A stretch of DNA of 64,000 nucleotides from Macrostomum lignano (taxonomy: Eukaryota): the NCBI GenBank assembly GCA_002269645.1, contig NIVC01002363.1, positions 1 to 64,000 on the forward strand. The letters are read 5' to 3'. The notes beneath the pieces are model-generated. The model was not told the origin of the DNA. It ran no database searches and saw only the letters and a list, made by a program, of their open reading frames with translations. The stretch's first letter is position 1, and every line of letters begins with the position of its first letter. The translations under genes and the position numbers were made by a program. This document shows, in pieces, positions 60,215 to 64,000 of this stretch.

Positions 60215-60559
60215 ATGATCAGTAAAATCGCTAAGACAATGACACTGGCCGTCACGCTGTCGATCTGTTTAGCAGAGGTGACCGTTGGCGTGGCGCCAGT
60301 GCATAATGAACGTCACTGGCCGAAATCTCAAGGCAAGCATGCCGACTGGTTAGCTTTAGGAATAGTTTTTGGACCGATGCTGCTCTGCCTTTCTGTCCCT
60401 CTGCTGGTTATCTATGCCGCCTATAAGAAGCGCTGCTGCTGCTTCCGAGAGCCCCGAGCTCATCTGGAGTGGAACATGGACAACGCCGCCCTGAGCTTCA
60501 ATAACAGTGCCACTGACGACCAAGCAATTCCCATGGCTGTATGGCATGCACAGGCTTGA
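60215..60559 (+). CDS. Small type I membrane protein (114 aa): signal peptide, short ectodomain, TM helix, juxtamembrane KKRCCC
   Basis: MTLAVTLSICLAEVTVG; TM WLALGIVFGPMLLCLSVPLLVIYAAY followed by a basic stop-transfer segment. Confidence 0.6.
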   Translation: MISKIAKTMTLAVTLSICLAEVTVGVAPVHNERHWPKSQGKHADWLALGIVFGPMLLCLSVPLLVIYAAYKKRCCCFREPRAHLEWNMDNAALSFNNSATDDQAIPMAVWHAQA

Positions 60560-60761
60560 CTGAAGCCTCTGCGCTAAGACAATGTTGAGTGCTTAATGTG
60601 GCAAACCGGGACATGCGCAACTGGAATCAAATCTGGCACGATCGACTTTTTTGCCCGGAAAATAAAAATTCCTATTTGTTTACCTGTTTGTTTGATTCTT
60701 TTGCTGCTATTGAGCCAACGCTTCAAGTACAGATCGAGCCGATTCTTCACAATACTTGAGC

Positions 60762-61240
60762 ATTCACATTTCCCATATCTTCACAACCCTTGAGCATTCA
60801 CATTTCCCTCATCTTCACAACCCTTGAGCATTCACATTTCTCATATCTTCACAATCCTTGAGCATTCACATTTCCCATATCTTCACAATCCTTGAGCATT
60901 CACATTTCTTATATCTTCACAACCCTTACGCATTCACATCTCCCATATCTTCACAATCCTTGAGCATTCACATCTCCCATATCTTCACAATCCTTACGCA
61001 TTCACATCTTCCATATCTTCACAACCCTTAAGCATTCACATCTCCCATATCTTCACAATCCTTACGCATTCACATCTCCCATATCTTCACAATCCTTGAG
61101 CATTCACATTTCCCATATCTTCACAATCCTTACGCATTCACAACTCCCATATCTTCACAATCCTTGAGGATTCACATCTCCCATATCTTCACGATCCTTA
61201 CGCATTCACATCTCCCATATCTTCACAATCCTTGAGCATT
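60762..61240. repeat. 34-bp minisatellite (CTTCACAATCCTTGAGCATTCACATTTCCCATAT)n, ~14 units
   Basis: Contiguous variant units with no spacers. Confidence 0.92.
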
Positions 61241-62801
61241 CTTGTAATTTAAAGAGTCCAGAAGTTGAGATACCGGAAATTAAGTGCAATAAACGGAAGC
61301 TTATCACTAAGATTAGACTGTGCAAATTAGATAAAAAAAACTTCAGATGAAACAAACTTCTTAAGCTTTGATTTGCAGCAATAATACATTCCTATAGGCA
61401 GCGCTGCTAAAAGTGTTATTTAAAAATTATATTTATTTTTCATATAAAAGAAACCCAGATGCCAAAGACAAATGTGTTACGGACAAAGACGGGTCACCTG
61501 TAATACAGAAAACGCCAATAAATCATTACAATTTAGCTTATTACAATTACAATATTACATTGTCTGAAATTTCAAATTAAACAGTTAAAAATTGGTGCCT
61601 GACAATGGTTAAAACAAATATAAAATATAAACAAACAATATTTTATATGTAAACTGTACAATGCAAAATATCCCATAGATTGGGATAAATATGTTATAAT
61701 TATCATATTCAAAACTACCCTGTCGAACTAAATTAAATAATAAATTTTCACAGTTATGGACACAGCTTTTACATAGATATTTGCTTTGAAAAGCACAGCT
61801 AACATTTTACTTTCTTAACAGCCAATTTAAAAAGGCACAAAAATTAAAAATAAACAGAACGCTGATAATAACAAAAATAAACTTACGCGGCAAATTATCA
61901 GTAACTCATGGTTTCTATTTTACGCCTTTATGTCCCTATATTTCCCATTCTACCATTTTATACACTTGTATATTAAAAAAACACGCAACAAAAACAATTT
62001 AATAAACACAACATACTACTGATTCTATTAAAAAAGTAGTACAGCGAGAGCAAGTAAAATAATTTCAAAAATACACAGCGCAATTTAAGACAGAAAATAT
62101 GAATAAATTAGGAATTGAAGAATTCGATTATTCGCGCAAATATAATTAATTGGATACAATAAATTAAATACAGATAAGTAACTTTTGTTTATATTTATGC
62201 AAAACTTTGGAATGCCATTTGTTTTGATAAAACAAAAAAAAAATAATGGCCCACACAAATATCAGTATGGCGATATAAAATTATTGAAAATTTGTAAAAG
62301 CCAAATTGATCACTTGAAAGAAATTGTCTTTTAGTTTTTCAACTCAATATAGAAATTCTAAATTTTACTTTTTTGGCACCTAAATTTATCTTTAATAGAC
62401 GCTGTGGAATGATTGATTTTGCGATTAGACATTTACTGATTGACAGCCGAAAAAAAAGTTTCTTAATTAAAGGAACAGTTCAAACAGTTGAAAAAGCATA
62501 AATTAAAATTGGGTTTATCAATAAACTTACGATGAGCGATGAGATTTTCCCAGGCACAAACTTCGGCAACTGTACGAAGAGGGACGCTTAAAACAATGTC
62601 ACATAATTCCATAAGTTCCATAACTCAAGCTCCATAATTTCTGTTATTCATGTTCTCGCTGCAGGTAACGTAAAAAAGAAGTGATTCTAAAGCGACGAGT
62701 TGTCGCAGTACAAGTCGCCTGAGAGACAATTTGAGCAGTTTTATTGTCTGCAACTAAAGCAACTGAGTTGCGATCCAAAGCGCAATTGCGTCACTTTATG
62801 A

Positions 62802-63530
62802 CAGAAGTCGGCAAACTTTTTTACCTTAAGGGCCAGAAAGAAAACCTAGCACGTGACTGCGGGCTAGAGGAGGGGAAGAGAGAAGAGAGGAGAGGAGGAG
62901 AGGAGAGAAGATGAGAGAGAGAAAAGAAGAGAGGAGAGCAGAGGAGAGGAGAAGAGAGGAGAGAGGAGAGAAGATGAGAGAGAGAAAAGAAGAGAGGAGA
63001 GCAGAGGAGAGGAGAAGAGAGGAGAGAGGAGAGAAGATGAGAGAGAGAGAGAAAAGAAGAGAGGAGAGCAGATGAGAGAAGAGAGGAGAGACGAGAGGAG
63101 AGGATGGAAGAAGAGAGGAGAGCAGATAAGAGGAGAAGAGAGGAGAGAGACGAGACGAGAGAAGAAAGGAAGAGAGGAGAGCAGATGAGAGAAGAGAGGA
63201 GAGACGAGAGGAGAGGATGGAAGAAGAGAGGAGAGCAGATAAGAGGAGAAGAGAGGAGAGAGACGAGACGAGAGAAGAAAGGAAGAGAGGAGAGCAGATG
63301 AGAGAAGAGAAAAGAAGAGAGGAGAGCAGATGAGAGAAGAGAGGAGAGAGACGAGACGAGAGGAGGGAAGAAAGGAAGAGAGGAGAGGAGATTAGAGAGA
63401 AGTGGTGAGAAGAGTCACAAACCGTGAGCGGGCCGGATTGCTATTGTGAAGTTTGAAAGGACCCGAGAGCCGGACAGACAGGTTTTGCGGGCCGCATGTG
63501 GCCCGTGGGCCAGAGTTAGTCCGACCCCTG
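62802..63530 (+). mobile_element. hAT (Charlie-like) MITE with ~540-bp AG-rich tract; best-preserved copy
   Basis: Ends CAGAAGTCGGCAAACT / AGTTAGTCCGACCCCTG; GCGGGCCGCATGTGGCCC subterminal motif; flanks CTTTATGA / ATTTATAA (6/8, central TA). Confidence 0.85.
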
Positions 63531-64000
63531 ATTTATAAGTTAGAATCGCATGTCGCACTTACATAACAACTCTATTTAGTCTACTTGAGTTAGTAGAAAG
63601 GTAAGCGCCAACACAACCACTCTTGGACGACTCTTTTTTACGATTCTACAAATCACTGGCTCTAAACTGTAGATTTTAATGGGGATTCTGATGCTTCTAA
63701 ATTGCTCATTATCTTGAGCAATGAGGGGGCGCAGCGTCATTTGTACTTTATGCTGTTGATAAACAAGGCGCTAGCATTGCTCCAGATTCTACGTATATTA
63801 TTTTGCATTAAAAACATAATATTCAAGGGTTAATTAAACTGAAGCTTAGCCTCAAGCCGGCACATCCGCATCAATCAGGTCGCCAACAACCATTACTAAA
63901 TCGCAGTTAGCCATGGGATCTGAGACTGGCCGGCGCTCCAGCACCGCGTTGCGATCGGCGTAGCCCAGGAATCTGTACACCCGATTGCGGTCCGACACTT

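Noticed and set aside
58925-61240. 36-bp and 34-bp repeats as CRISPR arrays, or the 244-aa SIVTLVLDSHSH ORF as a gene
   Set aside because: No spacers; the ORF is just the translation of a stop-free 36-bp unit.
62533-62660. Minus-strand splice-bounded segment as a coding exon
   Set aside because: Good AG and GT signals but stops in all three frames from the acceptor; could be a UTR exon, unsupported without transcripts.

Overview
Eukaryotic, intron-containing, repeat-rich animal DNA. It is most likely flatworm (Macrostomum-like); this is inferred from the TAL gene and overall style and was not verified. No prokaryotic features or CRISPR arrays were found. Genes supported by hand-spliced exons: (1) a partial minus-strand mucin/zonadhesin-like gene (WxxW-EGF-vWD-C8-TIL-EGF) carrying several single-base frameshifts; (2) an EF-hand + dynein-light-chain 'tegumental allergen-like' (TAL) gene; (3) an intronless 767-aa ankyrin-repeat ORF; (4) a complete 8-exon class I bHLH E-protein (daughterless/TCF3/4/12-type, 569 aa); (5) a secreted PAN/apple + C-type lectin; (6) two small single-pass membrane ORFs sharing an L[DE]WN motif. 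The rest is mostly mobile DNA and tandem arrays: a full-length Gypsy element with identical 145-bp LTRs that begin TA instead of TG, Gypsy/mariner/LINE relics, a TRIM-like element, tRNA-SINEs, many hAT-type MITEs with 8-bp TSDs (several nested), and a Foldback-like palindrome. I found no single unmistakably new system. The best leads are a ~10-kb CpG-decayed domain upstream of the E-protein start codon, inverted arrays bracketing a frame-neutral E-protein exon, the TA...CA LTR element, and the small membrane-protein pair. All coordinates were read by hand and no database searches were run.
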